A stretch of DNA of 61,291 nt, taken from positions 1-61,291 of the forward strand of contig JBDQPD010000005.1 of NCBI GenBank assembly GCA_040260805.1, written 5' to 3'. The translations under genes and the position numbers were made by a program. Source of the DNA: Myxococcota bacterium. Lineage in GTDB: Bacteria; Myxococcota; UBA4151. Positions within the stretch are counted from its first letter, which is position 1. Each line of letters begins with the position of its first letter. Shown one piece after another: positions 28,021 through 37,762 of the stretch. Under the pieces are notes generated by a model. It was given only the letters and a program-made list of their open reading frames with translations, ran no database searches and had not been told where the DNA came from.

Positions 28021-28991
28021 TTCGCCTTGGCTTTGCGGTCGCTGTTTCAGCTCTGTTTGTTTGGCTTGCCTTTCGCGACCTTGACGTGGCGGCGGTAGGG
28101 GCTTCACTCGGTGCACTAGGTCTGGTGCCGGCGCTGATCTATGTGCTCAGTATCTTCATCATTCATTTGCTGCGAACCTACCGCTGGCATTTGATGGTCT
28201 GTGCTTTAGATCCGCAGCAGCCTTTGTGGCGCTCGCTGAGGATTTCGTTTTTAGGCTTTGCCGCGGTGTTCTTGGTTCCTTTAAGACTCGGTGAGTTTGC
28301 GCGACCCTTGTTGCTGCGTAAGGCGCGCTCGATCCCTGTAAGCGCTGGGATTGGAACGGTCGCGGTTGAGCGCACGGTCGACGGCTTGTTTATGGTGCTC
28401 GTCTTGGTCCTCTCGGTCATGATATCCGGAGCAAATGATCCTATCTTATGGACGATGGGTGGCGTCGCAGGGTTGATTTTTGGCGGCGCAGCGACGGCGT
28501 TTGCAAGTATGGCTTTGGCGCCGGTTCTGGCGGAGCGGTTTTGGCGAACCATTCTAAGCCCTCTTGGCTCGGTGTGGTGTGATCGAGTGATCGACCTGCT
28601 CAAGGGCTTTATTGATGGCTTGTCCTCTCTACCGACGTGGCGAGTCCGTAGCCTTTATCTACTGTGCACCTTTGCTTATTGGGGGTTGAACGCCTGGGGA
28701 ATGACCTATCTAGCGGTGGCGATGGGGCTTGAGATCTCGCTGGCTCAGGGGTGCCTCCTCATGGCTTTGCTGGTCGTCGGTATTATGGTGCCGGCAGGGC
28801 CTGGTAGTATTGGAACCTTTCATGCGCCGATTATTTTTGCGCTGACCGCACTCTTTGGTGCCGCGACGCCTCAAGCACAAGCCTATGCCATTGTGCTTCA
28901 TCTCTTACAGGTCGCTCACATGATCGTCGTGGCGCTGCCCTTTGTCTCGGATTTAGGCGCGGCTTTGAGTCGCGACGTGAGCTCTGAGTAG
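28005..28991 (+). CDS. Lysylphosphatidylglycerol synthase TM / flippase-like membrane protein (UPF0104)
   Basis: RW, PLRLGEFARP, ERTVDG, PAGPGSIGTFH; multiple TM segments. Confidence 0.88.
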   Translation: MGSRLVRLGFAVAVSALFVWLAFRDLDVAAVGASLGALGLVPALIYVLSIFIIHLLRTYRWHLMVCALDPQQPLWRSLRISFLGFAAVFLVPLRLGEFARPLLLRKARSIPVSAGIGTVAVERTVDGLFMVLVLVLSVMISGANDPILWTMGGVAGLIFGGAATAFASMALAPVLAERFWRTILSPLGSVWCDRVIDLLKGFIDGLSSLPTWRVRSLYLLCTFAYWGLNAWGMTYLAVAMGLEISLAQGCLLMALLVVGIMVPAGPGSIGTFHAPIIFALTALFGAATPQAQAYAIVLHLLQVAHMIVVALPFVSDLGAALSRDVSSE

Positions 28992-29200
28992 CGCGGCCTG
29001 TCCTCAGACCGCTTTGGCGGGGGCAAAAAATCAAAAGAACACCCCATCAACAGGGGGTTTCACTCTTTATAAGGGGTGGTTTTTTCGCGGACAGCGCGCG
29101 GGTGCTCATCCATTTTTTATGCAGAATATTGCCGCGAACGTTTAACAAGAGCGTCGGACTAGCCGAGACCTTGGGGTACAAGTTCTTCTGGAGCGCCGAC

Positions 29201-29623
29201 TTGAATCACCCCGTTCGAACCCTGTCGCAAAAGCAAATGATGCGTGATCGACGTCGCATGATCGCTACGGGTGAATGGTCTGAGCCTGAAGAATATGAAC
29301 GCCCGGCCGATCGCGAGGACTGCCGCTTTGGGGGACGACCTTGCTTGTACGTGGCGTGTCGGTTCCATCTGTACCTCGATGTCAACGCACGCACCGGGTC
29401 CATCAAGTTCAACTTTCCTGGTAAAGAGGTGCATGAGCTTGAAGAGACCTGCGCGCTCGACGTCGCCGAGCGAGGTGGAATCACCCTTGAAGAGGTCGGC
29501 GGGCTGATGAACCTCACCCGTGAGCGGGTTCGCCAGCTCGAGGCAGAGGCGCTGACTGACCTTCAAACTATTGTGGATTTGACCGAAGAAGACATCACCG
29601 AGCTCGGCGCTCGGATCGAGTAG
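29201..29623 (+). CDS. Stand-alone sigma70 region-4 HTH protein with Cys/His zinc-finger-like N-domain
   Basis: [20 protein letters not shown]; [14 protein letters not shown]...C; TTG 29201 preceded by GGAG (start uncertain). Confidence 0.85.
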   Translation: MNHPVRTLSQKQMMRDRRRMIATGEWSEPEEYERPADREDCRFGGRPCLYVACRFHLYLDVNARTGSIKFNFPGKEVHELEETCALDVAERGGITLEEVGGLMNLTRERVRQLEAEALTDLQTIVDLTEEDITELGARIE

Positions 29624-29781
29624 TCTGGCGCGCAAAAGCGGCCACCAGTCCACTTCAATAAAACCCCTGTTTAGCGGCTTGGGCGATCGTTTGAATCGCT
29701 CTGGTTTCAATTTGTTCGAATGGGCCTTTGCCCATCGAGTTACAATTGCTACCCGGCGCTTGCCGAAGGCGGGGAGGCCGT

Positions 29782-31248
29782 ATGCAACGTGCCCTGTTGA
29801 GTGTGTCCGATAAGTCGGGACTGATCCCTTTTGCTCAAGGCCTCGTAGAGGCTGGCGTCGAGCTTTTGAGTACGGGCGGAACGGCGCGTGCGCTGCGCGA
29901 AGCCAACCTGCCAGTCATCGATGTCTCGTCGTATACGGGTAGCCCGGAGATTTTTGCGGGGCGGGTGAAGACCTTGCACCCCAAGGTTCACGGCGGGATT
30001 TTATACCGCCGCGATGACCCGACGCATCTGGATCAAGCCAAAGAGCATGCGATTGGGCCGATCGATCTGGTCGCGGTCAATCTGTACCCCTTCGCCGAGA
30101 CCATCGCCAAAGCCGGCTGCACCTTTGAAGACGCCATTGAGAATATCGACATTGGCGGTCCCACGATGGTGCGTTCAGCGGCAAAGAATCATGCGTCGGT
30201 AGCGGTTGTGGTTGATCCTGAGGATTATGCCGCCATTTTGTCTGAGGTGTCAGCGGGCTCGGTCAGTGAAGCAACACGGCGTCGCCTCGCGACCAAAGCC
30301 TTTGATCACACCGCAGCCTATGATCGCATGATCGCCACCTACCTCGGCGCCGGCGAAGCCCTTCGCTACGGCGAGAACCCGCATCAAGAAGCTCGCTTGC
30401 TTGGTGACCCTGAGCTGCCCTGCGGTTGCGAGCAACTGCACGGCAAAGCGCTCAGCTACAACAACCTGATCGATCTCGACGCAGCGCTCTGCTTGATTCA
30501 TGAGTTTGAGGGCGAAAACGCCGTCGCGATTCTAAAGCACACCAACCCGTGCGGTGTAGCTCGTTTGGCGACCGGTGGAACCGGTGACGCCTTTGAGGCA
30601 GCGCTCGCTTGCGATCCGGTGTCAGCCTTTGGCGGGATCGTTGCTTGCGCCGGCGAGGTCGATCTTGCGGCGGCTGAAGCGATGGCGAAAATCTTCCTTG
30701 AGGTGATCGTGGCGCCATCGTTTACCGAAGAAGCCAAGGCGCGTTTGATGCGCAAGAAAAACCTTCGTTTGATGGTTCGTGCGCAGTCGTTTGATGGGAC
30801 ACCGCGCTTGCGCTCGGTCCAACACGGCATGCTGATTCAAGATACGGATCAAGGCGCCGAAGAGACTCGCAACGTCTGCACCGAGCGCGCTCCGAGCCCT
30901 GAGGAAGCCTCGGCGATGGAGCTCGCCTGGAAGGTCTGCAAGCACGTCAAATCCAACGCTATTGTCTTCGCCAACGCAGAGCAGGTGGTGGGTATCGGCG
31001 CGGGTCAGATGAGCCGCGTCGATGCCGCAGAGCTTGCGATCAAGCGCTGCCATTTGGACCTCGAGGGAACGGTCGTAGGGTCTGACGCCTTCTTCCCGTT
31101 TCGAGATGGTCTAGACGTCTGCGCTAAAGCGGGCGCCAAGGCGGTGATTCAGCCTGGCGGTTCGATGCGAGATGACGAAGTGATTCAGGCTGCAAACGAG
31201 CAGGGTGTGGCGATGGTGCTCACCGGGGCTCGTCACTTCCGGCATTAG
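29782..31248 (+). CDS. purH: Bifunctional AICAR transformylase/IMP cyclohydrolase
   Basis: [44 protein letters not shown]. Confidence 0.99.
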   Translation: MQRALLSVSDKSGLIPFAQGLVEAGVELLSTGGTARALREANLPVIDVSSYTGSPEIFAGRVKTLHPKVHGGILYRRDDPTHLDQAKEHAIGPIDLVAVNLYPFAETIAKAGCTFEDAIENIDIGGPTMVRSAAKNHASVAVVVDPEDYAAILSEVSAGSVSEATRRRLATKAFDHTAAYDRMIATYLGAGEALRYGENPHQEARLLGDPELPCGCEQLHGKALSYNNLIDLDAALCLIHEFEGENAVAILKHTNPCGVARLATGGTGDAFEAALACDPVSAFGGIVACAGEVDLAAAEAMAKIFLEVIVAPSFTEEAKARLMRKKNLRLMVRAQSFDGTPRLRSVQHGMLIQDTDQGAEETRNVCTERAPSPEEASAMELAWKVCKHVKSNAIVFANAEQVVGIGAGQMSRVDAAELAIKRCHLDLEGTVVGSDAFFPFRDGLDVCAKAGAKAVIQPGGSMRDDEVIQAANEQGVAMVLTGARHFRH

Positions 31249-31260
31249 GAGCTTGGTTCG

Positions 31261-32535
31261 ATGCGGGTCTTAGTCGTCGGAGGTGGTGGTCGTGAGCACG
31301 CGCTCACCTGGCGTCTCAAACACAGCGCATCGGTGACCGAACTGCACGCGGCGCCAGGCAGCGCGGCGATCGCGCGACTGGCAGCCTGCCATGACGTCGC
31401 TGCAGACGATGTCCCTGCCCAGCTCAAGCTGGCGCAGCGCCTGGCGGTCGAATTGGTGGTGATCGGTCCCGAAGCCCCCCTGGTCGCTGGCTTAGCGAAT
31501 CAACTCCGCGCCGCCGGTATCGCCACGGTGGGTCCCGATTCAGCCGCCGCAGAGCTCGAGGGCAGCAAAGCCTTCGCCAAAGAGATCATGAACTCGGCGG
31601 GGGTGCCGACCGCCGAGCACGCCACCTTTAGTGAAGAAGCGCCTGCCCTGGCTTACCTCGAGCAGGGCGCTGGTCCGATTGTGATTAAGGCGGACGGACT
31701 CGCCGCCGGTAAAGGCGTGACGGTCGCTCAAAATCGTGCGGAGGCATCGGCCGCGGTTGCAGAATGCTTCGAAGGGCGCTTTGGACAAGCTGGTGCCCGC
31801 GTGGTCATTGAGGAATGTTTGCTCGGCACAGAGCTCAGTTTTATCGCTCTGTGCGATGAGACAGGGATCGTACCGCTGGCTTCGAGCCAGGATCATAAGC
31901 GCCTCGGCGAAGGCGATCTAGGACCCAACACGGGGGGTATGGGCGCGTTCTCTCCCTCACCGCTGTGCAACAACGCTCTGACCGAGCGAATCCTCGCAGA
32001 GGTGATGGAGCCGACGCTCGCTGAGCTCAAACGACGCGGCTTGATCTTTCGTGGGTTCTTGTACGCCGGTTTGATGGTCGATGGTGATCAGATCAAAGTG
32101 CTCGAGTTCAACGTGCGCTGCGGAGACCCTGAGACTCAGGTCTTGATGGCTCGCTGTGAGGGTGACTTAGGGTTATGGTTGCTGGCGACAGCTCGCGGCG
32201 AACTTGGCTTGCTTAAAGACAGCTTTGCTGCTGGACCGACTTGGTCAAATGGCGCCGCAGTCGGGGTGACGCTGGCGAGTCGTGGATACCCTGCGAGCAG
32301 CGAAAAAGGCATCGTTATCGAGGGCGTAGACAGCCTCGATGGCGAAGGTGTGGTGGTCTTTCATGCGGGAACCAAAGCCGGTTGTTCAGGTTGGGAAACC
32401 AACGGGGGGCGCGTCTTGACCGTATGTGCGACGGGTGAATCGATGAGCGAGGCCGCCGAGGCTGCCTATGCTGCCGTCGATCAGATCCGCTTTGATGGTA
32501 TGCAATTCCGGCGCGATATCGCCAGAAAAGGATGA
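31261..32535 (+). CDS. purD: Phosphoribosylamine-glycine ligase
   Basis: GGGGREHAL, KADGLAAGKGV, QDHKR, GPNTGGMG. Confidence 0.99.
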   Translation: MRVLVVGGGGREHALTWRLKHSASVTELHAAPGSAAIARLAACHDVAADDVPAQLKLAQRLAVELVVIGPEAPLVAGLANQLRAAGIATVGPDSAAAELEGSKAFAKEIMNSAGVPTAEHATFSEEAPALAYLEQGAGPIVIKADGLAAGKGVTVAQNRAEASAAVAECFEGRFGQAGARVVIEECLLGTELSFIALCDETGIVPLASSQDHKRLGEGDLGPNTGGMGAFSPSPLCNNALTERILAEVMEPTLAELKRRGLIFRGFLYAGLMVDGDQIKVLEFNVRCGDPETQVLMARCEGDLGLWLLATARGELGLLKDSFAAGPTWSNGAAVGVTLASRGYPASSEKGIVIEGVDSLDGEGVVVFHAGTKAGCSGWETNGGRVLTVCATGESMSEAAEAAYAAVDQIRFDGMQFRRDIARKG

Positions 32536-32539
32536 TGTG

Positions 32540-33040
32540 ATGGATGTTTTAGTCTTGATGGGTAGCTCGAGTGATTTCGAGGTGATGCAGCATGCGGTCC
32601 CGTTCTTTAAGCAGTTCGGACTCGAGGCGCGGGTGACGGTGGCTTCGGCACATCGCACGCCTGATCGCGTCCATGCAGAAGTCAGCGCCGCCGAAGAGGC
32701 TGGCGCAGTAGCGATTATCTGCGCCGCAGGTATGGCCGCTCACCTCGCTGGTGTCGTCGCCGGTACCACCAACCTGCCGGTCATCGGCGTGCCCCTAGCG
32801 AGCGGCGCTCTGGACGGTTTAGATGCGTTGTTATCGACCGTTCAAATGCCCGCTGGCATTCCGGTAGCAACCGTCGGTGTCGGTAAAGCAGGCGCCCGTA
32901 ACGCCGCTATTTTGGTGGCGCGTATGATCGGACCGCACCGGCCGTCGGTCGCTGCAGCCTTGCGCGAATACCGAGAAGGTATGAACGCTAAGGTGGCGAA
33001 GGCCGCCGCTGAAGTCGAAGCGCTCGTCGCGCAACAGTAG
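32540..33040 (+). CDS. purE: N5-CAIR mutase / AIR carboxylase
   Basis: MGSSSD, SAHRTP, AAHLAG, PVIGVP, VQMPAGIPVATV. Confidence 0.97.
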   Translation: MDVLVLMGSSSDFEVMQHAVPFFKQFGLEARVTVASAHRTPDRVHAEVSAAEEAGAVAIICAAGMAAHLAGVVAGTTNLPVIGVPLASGALDGLDALLSTVQMPAGIPVATVGVGKAGARNAAILVARMIGPHRPSVAAALREYREGMNAKVAKAAAEVEALVAQQ

Positions 33041-33050
33041 GAGACCGAGT

Positions 33051-34574
33051 GTGAGTCACGATGCGATTGGTGCAGCAGCACAGACAGCCCAAGCCGGCGG
33101 TAAGCCGAAATACCATGAGAGCAACGCCGCCAAAGGTAAGCTCTTCGCTCGCCAGCGGATCGCCCATCTTTGCGACGAGGGCAGCTTCGTTGAAGATGGC
33201 TTGCTCGCCAACAATCAATCGCAAGGCCTGCCTGCTGATGGGGTGGTGACCGGGGTAGGCCGCATAGCGGGTCGCCCGGTGGCGATCATGGCTAATGACT
33301 CAACGGTTAAGGCCGGTTCTTGGGGTGCGCGAACGGTCGAAAAGATCATCCGCATTCAAGAGAAGGCCGGCCAGCAACGTATGCCGATGGTGTATTTGGT
33401 GGATTCGGCCGGCGCCCGCATCACCGACCAGCTCGATATGTTTCCCGGCGAGCGTGGCGCAGGCACCATCTTTGATATGCAGATCAAGCTGTCGGGTTCG
33501 ATCCCGCAGGTCTGTTTGCTCTTTGGTCCCTCGGCCGCAGGCGGTGCGTACATCCCAGCGTTTTGCGATGTGGTGTTCATGGTCAATAAGAACGCCAGCA
33601 TGTATCTGGGCTCGCCGCGCATGGCGGAGCTGGTGATCAATGAGAAGGTGACGCTCGAGGAGATGGGTGGGGCGCGTATGCACTGCTCGCAGTCGGGTAA
33701 TGGCGATATGCTGTGCAAGACCGAGGAAGAGGCGCTCGACGCCTGCCTCGCTTATTTGAGCTATCTGCCTAGCTCTGCTGACGAAGAGGCTCCTTTTGCC
33801 GAGTCAGTGCCTGCTCCGGCGGGTGTGGACCTTGCGGCGTTGATTCCTGACGCCGAGAACGCACCCTTTGACATCAAAGGTGTGATCAACGGCTTGATCG
33901 ACGAGGGCTCGTTCTTTGAGATCAAGCAACGCTTCGCTAAAGAGATCGTCACGGGGTTTGCTCGCCTTGATGGCGCGCCGGTCGGGGTGGTCGCCAACAA
34001 CTCAAAATATCTCGGTGGCGTCTTGTTTAAGGACAGCGCCGATAAAGCCGCTAAGTTTATCTCGATCTGTGATGCCTACGGCTTGCCCTTGTTGTTCTTG
34101 GCTGATGTGCCTGGCTTCATGATCGGCTCTAAAGTCGAGCGTGAGGGGATCATTCGCCACGGCGCGAAGATGCTCCACGCGATGGCGAGCGCTAGCGTTC
34201 CGAAAATATCGGTCGTGGTTCGCAAGGCTTACGGTGCGGGCTTGTATGCGATGTGCGGCAAGGGGTTTGCCCCAGACGCTGCGCTCGCTTTGCCGCGCGC
34301 CCGCATCGCTGTGATGGGCGCCGAGCCTGCGGTCAACGCCGTTTTTTACAATAAGATTGTGCAGCTCGAAGGCGAAGAGCGTGAGGCTTTTGTGGAAGCG
34401 AAGCGCGCCGAGTATCGAGCCGACATTGATCTGCTTCGAATTGCCAGCGACTTGCATCTCGATGCGATCGTCAACGAAGACGACCTACGCGACGACCTGA
34501 TTCGCCGTTTTGCCTACGCATACAACAAAACGGTCGCTGAATACCCTCGGCGTCGCTACGTGGTGCCGGTCTAG
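33051..34574 (+). CDS. Acyl-CoA carboxylase carboxyltransferase (beta) subunit, methylcrotonyl-CoA carboxylase-like
   Basis: VDSAGAR, SAAGGAYIP, EEMGGARMH, DVPGFMIG, RKAYGAG. Confidence 0.92.
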   Translation: MSHDAIGAAAQTAQAGGKPKYHESNAAKGKLFARQRIAHLCDEGSFVEDGLLANNQSQGLPADGVVTGVGRIAGRPVAIMANDSTVKAGSWGARTVEKIIRIQEKAGQQRMPMVYLVDSAGARITDQLDMFPGERGAGTIFDMQIKLSGSIPQVCLLFGPSAAGGAYIPAFCDVVFMVNKNASMYLGSPRMAELVINEKVTLEEMGGARMHCSQSGNGDMLCKTEEEALDACLAYLSYLPSSADEEAPFAESVPAPAGVDLAALIPDAENAPFDIKGVINGLIDEGSFFEIKQRFAKEIVTGFARLDGAPVGVVANNSKYLGGVLFKDSADKAAKFISICDAYGLPLLFLADVPGFMIGSKVEREGIIRHGAKMLHAMASASVPKISVVVRKAYGAGLYAMCGKGFAPDAALALPRARIAVMGAEPAVNAVFYNKIVQLEGEEREAFVEAKRAEYRADIDLLRIASDLHLDAIVNEDDLRDDLIRRFAYAYNKTVAEYPRRRYVVPV

Positions 34575-34601
34575 CGCTGAGCGCCGAGCCTGCGGTCTGA
34601 T

Positions 34602-36266
34602 CTATTGATCTTCCCAACCGTACAGATCGGTGATCATGCGGCCTCGGACTGCTCCGCCTCGTCGGTTCTCAAAGCGGTCAAAGACCACGTGTCCTCCGCT
34701 CATGGACCCTGCCGGAACGATCTGACCGCCGGTGATGCGACCTCGATACAAGACGCCGCCGGCTGCTTCGGCTTGGGCGCTGCGCTGACCCATCACATTG
34801 ATGGGCATCTCTTGACCCTCCCGAACGGCGTCCGGATCAAAGCTTAGGTAAGGGATGAACATCGATTCATCTTCGAAGATCCCAACGAGTACGAGCATCG
34901 GGACATTTTGGTCGTTGTAGCCCGCTGCGACGCCATCGTTTACGAACGGCATGCGTTGATTTTCCCACTCCATCGACCAATCGAGTTCGCCTAGGCGGGT
35001 GATGTCCGGGTTGGTTCCAAGTGACTCCCAAGTGGTCGTAAATCGAGCGTCGATCGCTCCCTTTTTCTCAAGGCAGAAAGCCGGCTCGAGCTGCTGGTTT
35101 TCGCCCGGAAGAGCGCCTTGAAGCGCTTGAGCACGACGGTTGATATACTCTCGAAGGTTATCCAGCCCTGCGCTGATCACTCGATCGATTTCGATTTCAG
35201 TTTCGATCAGCGCAGTCATACGATCAATCTCCGCGAGCAAGGTCTCTTCGTTCCATAAGCTCTCCAAGAGCTCATTAATTCGACTCGAAAGCTGAGCGGA
35301 CAGGTCACGGTCTCCCAGGATATGATGAGCGATTATACCCTTGTAATAGGGCACCTCCTCAACGCGCTCGGCGAGCATCACGCCGTCGGCACCCCATGGG
35401 ATAAAATGAAGCTTCGAGGTGATTGAATCCCGATAGATGTAATGGTTGTTGCGGTTGCCAGCGTAGCCATCCCAATGCCCGATGATATTCTCCATCGCGA
35501 GAAAGGTGAGCAGCTCGTCAAAATCAAAATGAGCCCGAAGCGCTTCTTCTTTGTCCTGACCAGGGGCGATGTCTCGCATCAGCTCAGTGATCGGTCCGTA
35601 GGCAGGGTCGGTGGTCAGTGTCTTGACCTCGTAGGTTCGATACCAGTCGTCACGAAAGTCGCTCACCGTGCCCTCGTACAAATCGCCGTCTGATTCGCCG
35701 AAGCGGTCGCGCAAGAACGAGGGCTTGATCGGCTCGACGTGCACGTAGATCCCCAGATCTTCGCCGTTCATCGAGACCCTTGCGAAGTTGCAACGCGGCG
35801 CCGCGATACCTGCTTGATTGAAGAGGTCGTAGGCGAGGCATTGTCGCACCAAAGAGGGGTCTTGGACGGAGTTGTTTAGGGTCAGATTATCTTTACCAAA
35901 GAGTTCAGCGCCTTCGACGTATTCGTCGAGGTTGATTCGAAAGCTTGGCTTGGTCGTGCTTTGTGAGCCGATGAACCCTTTTTTGCGGATCCCAATATCG
36001 GGCAGGCTCTCACCGTCCATGGTGATCTGACCGTGAAAGTAGGTGTAGGGTTTACTAAAGGGTTCGGCCCGGCAGTCGCCGCTGAACTCGGTGATAAAGC
36101 TTCTCGATTGTTGCGTCAGCGCCTGCCAGTCATCGGCAGCCATTGTCAGATCGATCTGCACGATCTGATCGGTCTGAAAACGACCCTTTGGTTCGGGGCT
36201 TTCGGCTTCAACCGAGCAGCCAGCCAGTGCATATCCAGCCACCATTAGGACCAAGGTTCGAGTCAT
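34602..36266 (-). CDS. CotH kinase family lipoprotein
   Basis: Lipobox LAGC; IGIRKKG, LNNSVQDPS, GIYVHVE, HWDGY..NRNNHY, FIPWGAD. Confidence 0.9.
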   Translation of the reverse strand: MTRTLVLMVAGYALAGCSVEAESPEPKGRFQTDQIVQIDLTMAADDWQALTQQSRSFITEFSGDCRAEPFSKPYTYFHGQITMDGESLPDIGIRKKGFIGSQSTTKPSFRINLDEYVEGAELFGKDNLTLNNSVQDPSLVRQCLAYDLFNQAGIAAPRCNFARVSMNGEDLGIYVHVEPIKPSFLRDRFGESDGDLYEGTVSDFRDDWYRTYEVKTLTTDPAYGPITELMRDIAPGQDKEEALRAHFDFDELLTFLAMENIIGHWDGYAGNRNNHYIYRDSITSKLHFIPWGADGVMLAERVEEVPYYKGIIAHHILGDRDLSAQLSSRINELLESLWNEETLLAEIDRMTALIETEIEIDRVISAGLDNLREYINRRAQALQGALPGENQQLEPAFCLEKKGAIDARFTTTWESLGTNPDITRLGELDWSMEWENQRMPFVNDGVAAGYNDQNVPMLVLVGIFEDESMFIPYLSFDPDAVREGQEMPINVMGQRSAQAEAAGGVLYRGRITGGQIVPAGSMSGGHVVFDRFENRRGGAVRGRMITDLYGWEDQ

Positions 36267-36433
36267 CAGCTGCTTGCCTCCTGCAACGACGCCAAAATAT
36301 TAGTCTTTCTCGCTCTATGTGCAAGCGGCTCAGGGTGACTCTAGCGCAATGCAATCAGCACAGCACCATCCCTGGGCGGCAGCCTTGATCAGAGCCGCTC
36401 ATCTAGACAGGAAGTGATGCATCCGTTGAGCGC

Positions 36434-37654
36434 TTAGAATCGCCAGTATAGGCCGACAAAGTAGGGATGAGTGTGCAGTAAGAAGCGGAAGTTTTCCGAC
36501 AGCGCGAACATGACCCCAATGTCTGCACCCCAATACTTTTCTTGGGTCAGGTAGTTTTCAAAGTCGGGATCGTAAAACACCTCACCGATGAGTTTGATCT
36601 GACGGTTCAGGTCCACATCAAAGCCATTGTAGAGCCGGTAACTGAACAGTTCGCCATAGTCTTTGATATTGAAGTGGTTGAGCTCTCCTCGAAAGCCCAC
36701 GTGCCAGCTGATCCGGCCTTGACCGTTCTCTCGCAACCAAGAGACGGTGTTGGCGAGGTAAGCTTGGGTTCGCCAGCCATAGACGCGCGTCCCGGTGTGG
36801 GTGTTTCGACGCTGCGATTCGCCGTTATTGATCCGGCCGTTTAGAGCGTTGAGTTGGTAGGTGAGCCCCGTACTCAAAGCCCACTCCTTTTTGGCGGAAC
36901 GTTCGAATTTAAGTTGGTGTTTGAGCTCGAAGTTTGGGTTGACGCTCACGCCTCCTCGCGACGTTGAGAAGGCCGAGGCAAGCCCACTTAACTCGACGAG
37001 GTTGCTCGAAATTAGAGTCTTATCGCTCAGCCCAACCGCAAAGGATAAACCGCTCAGGTAGAGGTCTCCCTTTTTAAAGGTGTAGCCCGTGGGGTCAAAG
37101 AACACATCGATGAGCGGCTCGATCGTATGACTAAACTCTCCTGAGGGGCGTCCAATTCGGCTGATCGCTGCGCCTGAAGAGCTACCGATGACGTGTTGAG
37201 TTCTACTCCGCCGTTGCTGGCCCCGGCTTTCTTTTGTGGTCAATCGCAACACGCGTGAGCGTTTGACTTTGACCACGCCAAAACTGGTCATGACCGAGTA
37301 GTCGTCTTGACTCTGAGCGATCAGTTTTCCGACCAAAACGGTGTTGTCATCGAGCTCGAGGATGACGCGGGAGATATCGATCGATCGCTTTGGGACCTTG
37401 ATCGTTCCTAAGCTTGTTTTGAGCGTTACCGTCTCCCTATCTTGAGCGACAATCTGACCCTTGAGGATGTTTCCATCTTTGAGTTTAATCGACTGGATCG
37501 ATCGTGTCTTTGACTTGGCTGTCTTCTTTGGCTTGGCCTTACCTGGCGTAGCCTGGTCACGCTCCGCCGCAGCGCTCTCGCCGGCGGCGCTCTCGGCGGC
37601 GGCAACGGGTGCGTGGATTAGCAACGACAGAGTGGCAAGGGTGAGTCGCATCAT
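36434..37654 (-). CDS. Putative outer-membrane beta-barrel with two N-terminal small beta domains
   Basis: Signal peptide; duplicated IxLxDxxxLxGxIxAQ...TSxG motif; terminal YFVGLYWRF beta-signal. Confidence 0.6.
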   Translation of the reverse strand: MMRLTLATLSLLIHAPVAAAESAAGESAAAERDQATPGKAKPKKTAKSKTRSIQSIKLKDGNILKGQIVAQDRETVTLKTSLGTIKVPKRSIDISRVILELDDNTVLVGKLIAQSQDDYSVMTSFGVVKVKRSRVLRLTTKESRGQQRRSRTQHVIGSSSGAAISRIGRPSGEFSHTIEPLIDVFFDPTGYTFKKGDLYLSGLSFAVGLSDKTLISSNLVELSGLASAFSTSRGGVSVNPNFELKHQLKFERSAKKEWALSTGLTYQLNALNGRINNGESQRRNTHTGTRVYGWRTQAYLANTVSWLRENGQGRISWHVGFRGELNHFNIKDYGELFSYRLYNGFDVDLNRQIKLIGEVFYDPDFENYLTQEKYWGADIGVMFALSENFRFLLHTHPYFVGLYWRF

Positions 37655-37762
37655 CGGTATCCTCCACGAGACAATTGGATGGTCTCGATGAAGCCGGTGT
37701 TACCAATGGCACCTCTCTATCTTTAGTAAAGTTAAGCAAAAACAGTAAAAATCAACGTTAAT

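Noticed and set aside
29624-29781. ZTP (pfl) riboswitch before purH
   Set aside because: The conserved GACUGGCG and GCCxxxCGCCUGGGC elements are not recognisable
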